64,000 bases of DNA from Planctomycetota bacterium (GTDB lineage: Bacteria; Planctomycetota; UBA1135; UBA2386), in NCBI GenBank assembly GCA_965223545.1, contig OZ245006.1, positions 3,936,001 through 4,000,000 of the forward strand. Reading direction: 5' to 3'. The notes beneath the pieces are model-generated. The model saw only the letters and a program-made list of their open reading frames with translations, made no database searches and was not told the origin of the DNA. A program made the position numbers and the translations under genes. Of this stretch, positions 18,300-27,089 are shown piece by piece. Numbering within the stretch: the stretch's first letter is position 1; each line of letters begins with the position of its first letter.

Positions 18300-19426
18300 C
18301 CCGCACCGTTCGTTCGCCGCTCGCAGCGCGGATCGCTCACTCCCTCTGCGTCCCGCTGACCGTGCTCGGCGCAGCGATGGCAGGGCCGCTCACCGCCCAG
18401 GCCCTCGTCGACACCGAACTGACCCGCGGCCGCCTGCTGTTGGACCGCGTGAAAGGCTCCGGGCTCACCGCCACGAAGACCGGTGAAGCTGCGGAACGCA
18501 CCGTTGCGATCTACCTGCCGCCCTCCTACCAGAGCCGCTCGAACGCGCGTTTCCCGGTGCTGACACTCCTGCACGGAATCGGCGGAACCCATCAAGACTG
18601 GACCGGGCCACGGCCCGGCGCCGGGCCGTGGCAGACGATGCAGGACGTGATGGATCGGGGGATCGCCGCCGGCCGCATCGCCGAGATGATCATCGTCGCT
18701 CCCGACCAGCGCACGCGCGGTGGTGGGAGCTTCTACGTCAACTCGACGGCCACCGGGTCCTGGGAGGACTTCACCGCCACAGACCTCGTGGCCCACGTCG
18801 ACGCGAACTACCGCACGCTGACCGAACCCGAGTCTCGGGGGATTGCCGGCCACTCGATGGGGGGCTACGGCGCAATCCAGCTCGGCATGCGCCACCCCGA
18901 CGTGTTCCGGGTCGTGTACGGAATGAACTCCGCCTTGTTGGGCTGGGCCGGCGACGTCTCGGAGACCAACCTCGCGTTCGCCCGCGCGGCAAACGCGACG
19001 CCACAATCGCTCAATCCGCGTCGAGACCTCTACGTCGCATCCTTCTTGTGCGTCGCGCAGGCGTTCTCCCCCAACCCAGAGAAACCACCGTTCTTCGCGG
19101 ACCTTCCCTTCGAGAGCGCCGACGGGGGCCTGGTCAAGACCGCCGCGCACGCCTCGTGGACGCAACGCATGCCTCTCTACACGGTGGAGCACCACGTCGC
19201 GGCGCTGCGGTCGCTGCGCGGGCTGCGCTTCGACTCGGGCCGGTACGACGCCTACACGCACATCCCGCCGACGAACCGTGCGCTCTCCGAGCGGTTGACG
19301 CAGTTGCAGATCCCGCACGTGTTCGAGGAATACAACGGCGGGCACAACGATCGCGTCTGGGGCGAAGAAGGGCGGCTCGCGGCGGACGTGCTGCCCTGGT
19401 TCTCGCGCCTGCTGGCGCGCCAGTGA
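18296..19426 (+). CDS. Secreted alpha/beta-hydrolase (putative esterase family)
   Basis: GTGA overlap; signal-peptide-like N-terminus; 'IYLPPSY', 'LLHG', nucleophile elbow 'GHSMGGYGA', 'EEYNGGH'. Confidence 0.9.
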   Translation: MTRTVRSPLAARIAHSLCVPLTVLGAAMAGPLTAQALVDTELTRGRLLLDRVKGSGLTATKTGEAAERTVAIYLPPSYQSRSNARFPVLTLLHGIGGTHQDWTGPRPGAGPWQTMQDVMDRGIAAGRIAEMIIVAPDQRTRGGGSFYVNSTATGSWEDFTATDLVAHVDANYRTLTEPESRGIAGHSMGGYGAIQLGMRHPDVFRVVYGMNSALLGWAGDVSETNLAFARAANATPQSLNPRRDLYVASFLCVAQAFSPNPEKPPFFADLPFESADGGLVKTAAHASWTQRMPLYTVEHHVAALRSLRGLRFDSGRYDAYTHIPPTNRALSERLTQLQIPHVFEEYNGGHNDRVWGEEGRLAADVLPWFSRLLARQ

Positions 19427-19702
19427 CGGGCCAAGCAGGCGGACGGTCCGGTCAGAAGATCGGCTCTTGGCCCCGACGATCGTGACGTCGCGCGGCATGT
19501 CCGCGCGATGGAACGACGGGACAGACTGACCCGGTGGTATCGCGCAGAAGATGATGTTTGGTCCCAGCAAAGGGTTTCCGGTCTGCTGGATCACCGGCCC
19601 CACCGGGAAGCTCCACCGCTCGAGCGGTGAAACGATCGTGTAGCCGCCGCCCGGGTTCGTCGTCGCACCGTCCGACCCTCGCCCCTCGATGGACGGCGCA
19701 AG

Positions 19703-20041
19703 TTACGGGCCAGTGATCGTGGCCCGGTTGCTAGTTCCGTTGCTATGCACGATCTCGACGTGGGTGGCAGACTTCGGGATCGTGTAGGTCCAGCTAGTCA
19801 CCGTCTTGGTGCTCCACTCGGAGCTCATTTGCTCCGACTTCACGACCTTGCCCTTCTTGTCGAGAAACCGGATCTGGGTCAGGGTGACCGTCGACCCTTG
19901 CGGATCGATCTTCGCTTTGACGTCGCAGGAGCCACTGTCTCCGGTCCGCGTCGCGGATTGGATGGTCACGGTCTGCGCGAGGGCGAGGGCGGAGGTGAGG
20001 AACAAGATCAGAACGAAACGACCGATGTGCGTGGTGGTCAT
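19703..20041 (-). CDS. Small secreted hypothetical protein (112 aa, beta-rich)
   Basis: Clear signal peptide 'RFVLILFLTSALALAQ'; coding-like composition. Confidence 0.7.
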   Translation of the reverse strand: MTTTHIGRFVLILFLTSALALAQTVTIQSATRTGDSGSCDVKAKIDPQGSTVTLTQIRFLDKKGKVVKSEQMSSEWSTKTVTSWTYTIPKSATHVEIVHSNGTSNRATITGP

Positions 20042-20264
20042 GACGGCCTCGAGAGTTGGCTGTGCCTTGGGTTGATTGAAGAAGCGCGACCGGCTCGTGC
20101 CAGCCGCCCTCGTTCGTGTTGTGTGGGCGCCGTTGGTTCCGACTTCTTTTGGTTGGACCGTTGGACCGACTCCGCCCCAAAAAGGAGTGAGACGGATCAG
20201 CATGGTCCCCGGAACTCAACATGCACTTGGACCTGCCAAGCCCTTCACCGGGCAGGAGCATCGC

Positions 20265-21761
20265 ATGTTTCTCTTCACTTCCTCTCGCCGCGGCCGGTTC
20301 GCGGCCGTTTCGGCTTTCCTGTTCGCTCTAACCAGCCATTCGCCCAACGCAGCCGCGCAAACATCTTGGAAGGTCGTCGGAGGCCTCCCTCTGCAGCTGA
20401 GCCAAGACGTCACGACTGCCACTGACATCCGTGTCCTCCATCCCATCGACGGAGAACAAACGGTCGCGTTGATCTCGGGCGTCTGGGGCTCGGTACGGGC
20501 CTGGGTCTTCGATCAATCCTCGGGATGGGCCCCGCTCAACACGGCCACGGCTCCGCCCACCGTCCAGAGCTTCAGCGCATGCGCCACGCGCAACTCTGTC
20601 TATCTCTTCGGTGGATGGGACCCGGCCGTCGGACCGCGCTCGGAGATATGGAAACTGTCCCAAACCGCGGGCACTTGGGATTGGACGAGCTTGATGACCA
20701 TGCCCGACCCCGTTTTCGGCGGCAAGCCGCGCTCCAGGTACTGCCACGCCATGGCCTACGACGTGAACGTCGACCGCATCGTCGTCTACGGTGGCATCGC
20801 GGCGGGGTTCGGTGGAGTCTTCGGCGGCGGCTCGCCCGGCTACACCGGTTCGACCGGTGGCACGTACCTGCAGGACACTTGGTCGTTTACGCCGTCGAAC
20901 AACACCTGGCATGTCGATACCGGCGGTGCTCCTGCCGCGCGCGCCAATCCCCTTTGTGGTTGGTCCGAGGGGCCCGTGGCGAACGGGGTTTTCATGGCCG
21001 GCGGGACGGACCTCGCTGGAAACCTACTGAACGACGGCATGTACTACTGGGACGCAGTCACCGGATGGCAACAACTTGTCACGAGCCCCCCTCCGTCGGT
21101 CACGCAGAGATTCCGCGGAACGCTGGAGTACGATGCCGACCGAGATGTCACAGTCGTCGCAGGTGGCATCGGTCCGCTGGGAACGCTCACTGACACCTGG
21201 GAGTCCTCCGACCAGACAAGCTGGACGCAGAGAACGGCTTCCATTCCGAGTTCCGCGGTCGGAGCATTCGTTGGGCTCATGGGCGCCTACCGCCAGTGCG
21301 ATTTCGGGATCACCGCGCTCACGGTGCATCACCTCAGCTACGAATCCGACCACCTACCGGCATTCGCCGTGTCGGGCTCGACATGCCCCGGTGCGGCCAC
21401 GCCTTTGATCTCAGGCAGTCCTTGTGGACTCCGGGCGTTCGTGGGTGGACTGCTGCTTGTCGAAGGCGAGCAGTTGCTTCCGGGTTCGCCAACGTTGTTG
21501 CTGCTGGATGGTGCCGCCACGGCGATACCGTACGGACCGCTCGGGTCGCCTTGCAGGTTGTATGTAGACCCAGCTACTGCGATTCCACTCGCGATGTCGT
21601 CTCCCAATCCGCAAGGCTACAGCGCCATCTTCATTCCCATCCCCAACCAACCCTCCCTCGCGGGTAAGAACCTCTATACCCAGATCATCCATACGGACCC
21701 GCAGGGACCGAGCAGCCTGAGCCTCTCGGCGCTCGGCACCGCTACGATCGGGAGCCTCTGA
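20265..21761 (+). CDS. Secreted Kelch-repeat beta-propeller protein with conserved C-terminal domain
   Basis: AGGAG RBS; signal peptide; Kelch-like units ('VYLFGG', 'HAMAYD...IVVYGG...DTW', 'LEYD..RD.TVV.GG...DTWE'). Confidence 0.85.
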   Translation: MFLFTSSRRGRFAAVSAFLFALTSHSPNAAAQTSWKVVGGLPLQLSQDVTTATDIRVLHPIDGEQTVALISGVWGSVRAWVFDQSSGWAPLNTATAPPTVQSFSACATRNSVYLFGGWDPAVGPRSEIWKLSQTAGTWDWTSLMTMPDPVFGGKPRSRYCHAMAYDVNVDRIVVYGGIAAGFGGVFGGGSPGYTGSTGGTYLQDTWSFTPSNNTWHVDTGGAPAARANPLCGWSEGPVANGVFMAGGTDLAGNLLNDGMYYWDAVTGWQQLVTSPPPSVTQRFRGTLEYDADRDVTVVAGGIGPLGTLTDTWESSDQTSWTQRTASIPSSAVGAFVGLMGAYRQCDFGITALTVHHLSYESDHLPAFAVSGSTCPGAATPLISGSPCGLRAFVGGLLLVEGEQLLPGSPTLLLLDGAATAIPYGPLGSPCRLYVDPATAIPLAMSSPNPQGYSAIFIPIPNQPSLAGKNLYTQIIHTDPQGPSSLSLSALGTATIGSL

Positions 21762-21895
21762 CAACCGCAGCACCCCGACGCACAACCCCGACGCCAAGGG
21801 GCTCTTGCGCACCGGCCACGCCGGTACTCCAGAACCGGCGTAGACTCCTTAGAATCGGTCGGTTCCAGGCTGGCCCGGCCTGATCGCTCTCTCGC

Positions 21896-23866
21896 ATGTT
21901 CGCACCCACGATCCGCACCGCCACGGCCGCGGGTTTCGCCATCGTGGCACCCGCCGCCCTGGACGCGACCGGCTGCCGACTCTTGGCGCAGTCACCGCCA
22001 CTGCGGGCCGAGGCGAACCTCACCAACGGTGCAGATCACGAGCGCGGGACCCTGATCCAGTTCGCTCCGCGCCGCCGCGGCATCGCCCACGCGCCCCCTC
22101 CGGTGACCTCGACGCGCGGCACCGCACGCGTTCCGAGCAGCAAGCTCGTCTATCAGGCTTGGGCGATGGAGTCATCGCTCGGCAGCGGTGATCTCGACGT
22201 GTTCTTCGCCCGGTCGACCGATGGTGGCGTGACCGTCTCGACGCCGACGCGGCTGGAAGCGCAGACCGGCATGGCGCGCGAGGTCAGCGTCTGCGCCAGC
22301 GAGGACCGGGTGTTCGTGTCGTGGATCTCCAACGAGATCGGCACCAAGGACCAGGTCTACGTCGCGATCTCGGTCGACCAGGGCGAGACGTTTGCGCCGC
22401 CGTTGATGCTCAACGACCCCGCGCTGGCACAGGCCGGCGACGCCGACGAGCACTGGACGGTGGCGGCGGGTTACCTGTTCTACGCGGTGTGGGAGTTCGA
22501 CGATCGCGGCCGCGTGGCCGGCGTTCCCGACGAGGACGTGCACTTCTGCCGGCTGATCGTCGACGAGAGCGGTCTGCAGAGCCGGAGCGCCAACGTCCGG
22601 CTCAACACGCCGGTCGGACTGTCGGACGTCAACTCGCCGATCGTCACGGCGAGCCCCGATGGCGGCAAGCTGGCAGTGCTCTGGTTCGACGACCGCGGTG
22701 CGCCGGACAAGGCGATCTACGGCGTCTGGTCGACGGCGCTCGGCTTCGATCTCCCCAAGGCCCAAGACCAACTGCTGGTCGGCGCGCCGGCGGCGACCGC
22801 GGCCAAGCAGAACGTGCTCGCCGCGCTGCGCGGCAACTCGCTGCACTTGGTTTGGGAAGACCGTCGCAACGCCGCCAGCGGTGGTGGCGCCGACGAACCC
22901 TTCTACGAGCGCTTCGACCTTGACAGCGGTTCGCCGCTCTACGGCAACGGTCGTTCGTTGGTCGATTGGAGCATGCCCGGCTTCGGCGATGCCGACCAAC
23001 CGTGGATCGCGATCGACTCCGACGACGAGCGCAACGTGCTGGTCGCGTGGCACGACAACCGCGATCGCGGCGGCGCCGGCAACGACACCGTCAACGACCT
23101 GTTCTGCACGGTGAGTCGCGACGGTGGAGCGACTTGGTCGGCAAACCAGCGCGTCGCCAAGAACAGCGGCACCGGCACCGGCCAGCGCAACGAGGCCTGG
23201 GGAGCAGTCTGGCACGGAGACCACGCCGTGCTGTGTGCGCTGCGCTCCGAGCTCAACGGCATCGGCGGCCCCGGCGCCGGCACCGAGGACGTCGTCCTGT
23301 TCGTCTCGCGCGACGGGGCGCGACAATGGGAAGAGCAGCTGATCACCGCAGTCGGTTCGTCGGTCGGGCTGGCCAACGACATCGACAACCCCTACATGGC
23401 GGTGACGCCGACCCGTCTCGACGTCGCGGTTTCCTACTACGACGACCGCTATCCCAACTGGCAGGGGCACGGCGACCTCATCGCGCGAGGCCTCCGCCTG
23501 CCGTGGATTCGCGCCTCCGCTGACCCGGTCGGTGGTGCCACCGTACGGCTGCTCGTGGAGCAGATCGGTGAGAGCAACAACGGCGGCGGTGCACTGTTGG
23601 TCTACAACGGCATCACCAGCGGCACGGCACCAGGGGTGTTTCCGTTCGGCAGTGGTCTGGACATCGATCTGATCCCCGACGCCCTGACCATGGCCTTCGC
23701 TGGCATCACGCCGCTGGCCGTGCTGTCCACGCAGCCGGACGGAACGGCGACGACCATCCCGTTCACCCTGCCCGCCGGCTACCTCGGTCCGCGCTTCCAG
23801 GTGCAAGCGTTGGTGTTCGACAGCGCGCTGCGCGTCACCGAAGGAACCGACGTCCTGGCGTTCTGA
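21896..23866 (+). CDS. Secreted BNR/Asp-box (sialidase-like propeller) protein
   Basis: Asp-boxes 'RSTDGG.T', 'SVDQGETF', 'SRDGGATWS', 'SRDGARQWE'; repeated 'W.D.R' blade motifs. Confidence 0.82.
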   Translation: MFAPTIRTATAAGFAIVAPAALDATGCRLLAQSPPLRAEANLTNGADHERGTLIQFAPRRRGIAHAPPPVTSTRGTARVPSSKLVYQAWAMESSLGSGDLDVFFARSTDGGVTVSTPTRLEAQTGMAREVSVCASEDRVFVSWISNEIGTKDQVYVAISVDQGETFAPPLMLNDPALAQAGDADEHWTVAAGYLFYAVWEFDDRGRVAGVPDEDVHFCRLIVDESGLQSRSANVRLNTPVGLSDVNSPIVTASPDGGKLAVLWFDDRGAPDKAIYGVWSTALGFDLPKAQDQLLVGAPAATAAKQNVLAALRGNSLHLVWEDRRNAASGGGADEPFYERFDLDSGSPLYGNGRSLVDWSMPGFGDADQPWIAIDSDDERNVLVAWHDNRDRGGAGNDTVNDLFCTVSRDGGATWSANQRVAKNSGTGTGQRNEAWGAVWHGDHAVLCALRSELNGIGGPGAGTEDVVLFVSRDGARQWEEQLITAVGSSVGLANDIDNPYMAVTPTRLDVAVSYYDDRYPNWQGHGDLIARGLRLPWIRASADPVGGATVRLLVEQIGESNNGGGALLVYNGITSGTAPGVFPFGSGLDIDLIPDALTMAFAGITPLAVLSTQPDGTATTIPFTLPAGYLGPRFQVQALVFDSALRVTEGTDVLAF

Positions 23867-23879
23867 ACCGAGGCTCCGC

Positions 23880-26231
23880 TCAGTAGCGCGAGGCCTCGAC
23901 CGCCCACGTCGACGGCGCCCGCCACACCTCTTCGCCCTGCGCGTCGAACTCGCGCACGTGGGCGTTCTCGGCGACGAGCGTGTGACCGTTGGCGAGGCGG
24001 TCCGCGTCGCTGGGCGCGTTGAGGTCCTGGAGCTTGGCGACGACGACGCCGTCGGGGTCGATCTCCCACACCGCGTTGAGGGTGCGCAGGGTGACGAGCG
24101 TGTTGCCGTTGACCAAGCGGTCCACATCGTGCACTGACGGAAGGTCACGCACTTCCCAAACCAACTCGCCGTCCGGCGCGACTTCCAGCACTCGATCACC
24201 GAGCGTATCGCCGATCAGCGTGTTGCCGTTGGCGAGCCGCTCCACGTCGAACGGGCGGATCTCGGTGTCGTAGCGCCAGACGATCTTGCCGTCGGGGCTC
24301 ACCTCGATGACCTCCCCGGCAAACGTGTTGGCGATCAGCGTGTTGCCGTTCGGCAGGCGATCCGCGTCGTACGGGTTGCGGAGGTTCTCGTAGCTCCAGT
24401 GAAGGTTGCCGGCGAGGTCGATTTCGGACACGCGGCTGACCGAGAACTCGGTCACCAGCCAACGGTCCGTGCCGATCGGCTCGACATCCCAGGCGCCGTA
24501 GATCTCACGCTGGTCGTGGGTCACGCGGCCGTTCGCGTCCAGCTGCAGCAGCCGGTTGTCGGAGTAGTCCGCTACCAAAGTGCACGTCGGCGCCGCCGGC
24601 GGCGGGGCCAGCGGGGCTCCCAACGCGCCGTTGCGCACCAGCGGCTTCTGGGCCAAGTCCATCGTGAGCACGACCGCTTCGCCCACCGACCACGGCGGCT
24701 CACCGCTGACCGACACGAACAAGTACTCGTCGTCGGCGAGCACGATCCTGCCAGTGCGCCGCACCTTTCCCATCGACACCGCGACTGGCTCATCGGCCGC
24801 GATCTGCCGCGGCAACGCCACCGCCCCGAGCAACTCGAGGGTCGTGACCCGACGTGCCACGTGGCGAACGCGCGCGGCAACCCGAGGCCACTCGATCGCT
24901 TCCCTGCGACAGACCTCCGCGCCGACCGCCACCGCCACGCCAGCGGCGCTGCGACCGAACACCACGCGATCCTCCACGTGGGCGACCGTCAGCGGAGTCT
25001 TTTGGTCACAGAGCCACAGCTGGGTCTCGCCGTCGGGGAGGCGGACGCCTGGTGCCAGCTCGATGGTGACCACGTCACCCGACACGTGCACCACTCGCCC
25101 GACGATGACCCACTCGGTGCCGATTCCGTCGCCCGCGGCCAGCGGCGTCGCCGGCTCTTGCCGGGACGTCGGCCCGGGTTCTTGGGCCGTCCCGCTCCAG
25201 ACCGGCAACGAAACCAAGACCAAGGCCATCGCCACCGCGCGGCCGCCGCGAGCCGACGGCCGGGTGCCACCCGGCCGCATCACCGCGGTCATTCGCCGGC
25301 GAAACGCCGCCAAGCCCGGACTGCGGGCGGCCGCTGCCAGAACCGGCTGCGGGCCGTGTGCACTCAATGTCATCAGAGCCTCCACGTACTGGCGCGGCGC
25401 CACCGGGCGCACCCGCAGCGCGCGAGCATCACAGGCCTGCTCGGCGCACTCGCGCAGCCGCAACCGCATCCACCAAAACAACGGATTCCACCAGTGCAGC
25501 ACGGCGCCGATCGCTTCGAGCCGCGCCACCCAGTGGTCGCGCCGCTGCAGGTGCGCGAGCTCGTGCGCCAGCACCGCCGCGCGCAGCCGCGGCTCGAGCG
25601 CGACACCACCCGCAGGCCAATACAGCCTGGTGCGCAGCAGACCACCGACGCACGGCACGCGCAGCGCGCGCGGGCAGCACACGCGCGGCGGCCGCATGCG
25701 CAGCTGGCCGGCGATCTCTTCGACCTCGCGCACCAGCGACTGCTCCGGAGCACTCTGCGCACGGCACACGCGAGCGGCGCGGAGCGCGCGGCGTGCCGAC
25801 CACAGGACGAGACCGAAGGCGCCGGCGAGCCAGCCGGCGAACCACCAACGGGAGATCGCGACCGCGGGCGCGACCACCTGCCGCTCGGCCGTGGGCCGCG
25901 GCTTCGACACTGGGGTCGCGATGCCATTACCCTCGGCGCCGCGCGCGGCCCGCGGCATCGCGGCGGCGGCGGAGGCGGAGGCGCGCTCGACGGCAAGCGC
26001 CGGCCGGGCCGCATCCGCGGCGTGCAGCGCCCCGGACTGCGCGTCGAGGCGAAGCTCGATTCCTGCGATCGCATCCCAACGGACCAACGGCGGCGCGCAC
26101 AGCTTGACCAGCACCACCAACCACAGCACGTGCAGCACCGCGGGCCGGCTGCGCAGCAAAGGTCCCACCGCGACCACGGCCGCCGACAGCAGGGCGGCGA
26201 TCACGGTGTTCTCGATCAACCAGTTCATCAT
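23880..26231 (-). CDS. BlaR1/MecR1-like M56 metallopeptidase with C-terminal beta-propeller
   Basis: TM helices; 'AVLAHELAHLQRRD.W', 'HWWNPL.W...E.ACD'; tandem C-terminal 'D.DRL.NGNTL' repeats. Confidence 0.92.
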   Translation of the reverse strand: MMNWLIENTVIAALLSAAVVAVGPLLRSRPAVLHVLWLVVLVKLCAPPLVRWDAIAGIELRLDAQSGALHAADAARPALAVERASASAAAAMPRAARGAEGNGIATPVSKPRPTAERQVVAPAVAISRWWFAGWLAGAFGLVLWSARRALRAARVCRAQSAPEQSLVREVEEIAGQLRMRPPRVCCPRALRVPCVGGLLRTRLYWPAGGVALEPRLRAAVLAHELAHLQRRDHWVARLEAIGAVLHWWNPLFWWMRLRLRECAEQACDARALRVRPVAPRQYVEALMTLSAHGPQPVLAAAARSPGLAAFRRRMTAVMRPGGTRPSARGGRAVAMALVLVSLPVWSGTAQEPGPTSRQEPATPLAAGDGIGTEWVIVGRVVHVSGDVVTIELAPGVRLPDGETQLWLCDQKTPLTVAHVEDRVVFGRSAAGVAVAVGAEVCRREAIEWPRVAARVRHVARRVTTLELLGAVALPRQIAADEPVAVSMGKVRRTGRIVLADDEYLFVSVSGEPPWSVGEAVVLTMDLAQKPLVRNGALGAPLAPPPAAPTCTLVADYSDNRLLQLDANGRVTHDQREIYGAWDVEPIGTDRWLVTEFSVSRVSEIDLAGNLHWSYENLRNPYDADRLPNGNTLIANTFAGEVIEVSPDGKIVWRYDTEIRPFDVERLANGNTLIGDTLGDRVLEVAPDGELVWEVRDLPSVHDVDRLVNGNTLVTLRTLNAVWEIDPDGVVVAKLQDLNAPSDADRLANGHTLVAENAHVREFDAQGEEVWRAPSTWAVEASRY

Positions 26232-26242
26232 CGTTGCACCTC

Positions 26243-26650
26243 TCAGCTCTTCCTGCGCCGCCGCTGGTCTTGCCCGGCCCGCGCCTCCAGCTCGTCGAGC
26301 AGGTCGCGAAGCTCGGCGAGCTCGCGCGCCTTCCACCGGCGCCCGGTGACGAACCCGTGCATCGCCGAGACGACCGAGCCACCCGCCAAGTCGCGGGCCA
26401 GGTCGTCGAGGCGGCGCGCCAGCAATGCGCTCTTGCTGACCGCGGCGTGGTAGGTCGCGCCCCCCGCGGTGCGCTCGCGCTCGACGAACCCCTTCTGCTC
26501 CAAACGATGCAGCAGTGTCTGCACGGTGGTGAACGCCCACTGCCCGGCGGGCAACAACGCGAGCAGCTCGCGCACGCGGCAGCCGCCGTGATCCCACAGC
26601 TGCCGCAGGACCTCGAGCTCGGCTTCACTGACCTGGGGAAGTTTCGTCAC
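26243..26650 (-). CDS. BlaI/MecI/CopY-family repressor
   Basis: 'SEAELEVLRQLW...WAFTTVQTLLHRLEQKGFV.R'; directly upstream of the M56 gene. Confidence 0.95.
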   Translation of the reverse strand: MTKLPQVSEAELEVLRQLWDHGGCRVRELLALLPAGQWAFTTVQTLLHRLEQKGFVERERTAGGATYHAAVSKSALLARRLDDLARDLAGGSVVSAMHGFVTGRRWKARELAELRDLLDELEARAGQDQRRRRKS

Positions 26651-26660
26651 GCAGTCGCTC

Positions 26661-26706
26661 CACTACAGCGTGTCGTGCTATACACGACAGTTTGTAGTGT
26701 TGTCAA
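26661..26706 (-). promoter_or_regulatory. Promoter with two BlaI-type operator palindromes
   Basis: CACTAC-N5-GTCGTG (26661-26677) and CACGAC-N5-GTAGTG (26683-26699). On the minus strand, TTGACA-N18-TATAGC overlaps the boxes. Confidence 0.82.
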
Positions 26707-27089
26707 CGGGGGCGCCCGGCACCGATCACCAACGTCACCGGGCTGCCCAGGGCCGCCAGAGGCAGGTGGACACCCGTCGCGGCAGGCGAACTCGTGCCGG
26801 TCCAAGTTCCAGGGGTACCCCGGAAGCGCGCCGATGGCCGGCCGCAGCCGGCGTCAGGCCGCTCGAGTACGCAGTCAACCGCGCCGCTGGGTCGCGGACG
26901 TCGACCGCGACACGCGCGCCCTCGACCGGCACCAACGATTCGTTGAGCACGCGCGACCGCGGCGGCGTTGAGTGGTAGACGACGCCACCGAGACCGACCA
27001 CTCTGGTCCGCGATCGAGACCTCCAGCGACAAGAGGGTGCGCAACGCGAGAGAGATCCGCGGCCGGCTCGCGCAGGCGCGACCGTCGGG

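Noticed and set aside
26735..27044. Short minus-strand ORFs between the acyl-CoA ligase and blaI
   Set aside because: No recognisable motif or RBS; they could be a decayed fragment but this cannot be supported.
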